A stretch of DNA of 64,000 nucleotides from the NCBI GenBank assembly GCA_002633005.1, contig NMRA01000201.1, forward strand, positions 75,139 to 139,138, in the 5' to 3' direction. Positions 63,501 to 64,000 of this stretch are shown here, one piece after another. The DNA is from Phoronis australis. Its lineage: Eukaryota; Animalia; Phoronida. Each line of letters starts with the position of its first letter. Position 1 is the first letter of the stretch. Both the position numbers and the translations under genes were made by a program. The notes below the pieces were generated by a model. The model was not told the origin of the DNA and made no database searches. It was given only the letters and a program-made list of their open reading frames with translations.

Positions 63501-64000
63501 TGTATAAGCTGTGTGCCTGTGTTGCTCTAGGTATCCCATCTTCCCTAAACTCAGTTTATCTTGGCCAGGAACAAATTAACCAAATGGTTTGATTAACGCA
63601 AACATTTCTGGCAGTCTCTTCCAGTCTGCAGGAGTCAAGGTACACATTATGTAGTCTGCTGGGCCAACCCTACCTTTAATAAACCACACCATGTGTTTAT
63701 TACCAGCACAGGCGGTCCACTGGTGTTTTGTGGGGTTTAATTTAAACACAGCTCACCGAACTGCTGGCTGTTAATGAATGAGCCATAAATAGCTATCTGA
63801 TGGAGAGCCTAAGTCATCTGTCAGTTTTTTATCCTAATTATTTAGATTAAAGAGTGGCAAAGCCGAAGGCCTGCTGCTCTGTTTTTTGTGCAAAGACAGT
63901 CTGCTGGACACCTGGTAATGCCCCCAGTTGCTCCTTTGAGCACAAGGTTGCGTACCTGGACATCCGTGGCTAGTCATTTTGTGTTTTGCCCGCTCATGTC

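Overview
Animal (invertebrate-like, AT-rich, intron-rich) genomic DNA from a draft assembly with N-gaps. The window holds the 3' end of a phospholipase C-gamma gene on + (six coding exons, 871-6279: end of the Y box, C2 domain, C-terminal tail). Converging on it is a complete 10-exon TRMT44 tRNA 2'-O-methyltransferase gene on - (36500-28404, about 641 aa, C-terminal CCCH finger). Between the two 3' ends (about 12.0-27.6 kb) lies a dense mosaic of short, decayed fragments of many unrelated transposons: Gypsy, BEL/Pao, LINE endonuclease, Harbinger, RecQ-like helicase, SWIM finger and YqaJ nuclease. Every fragment I could orient is on +, i.e. antisense to TRMT44 transcription. This resembles a flamenco-like uni-strand piRNA cluster, but that is an inference needing small-RNA data. 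Upstream of TRMT44 is a young Gypsy element with identical 143-bp LTRs. The right third is mostly non-coding: MITEs, a pogo/Tc2-like element, a Penelope relic, and a Helentron-type (HINE-like) repeat whose ~150-bp units each carry a CTCF-like motif. All calls were made by eye; no database searches were run.
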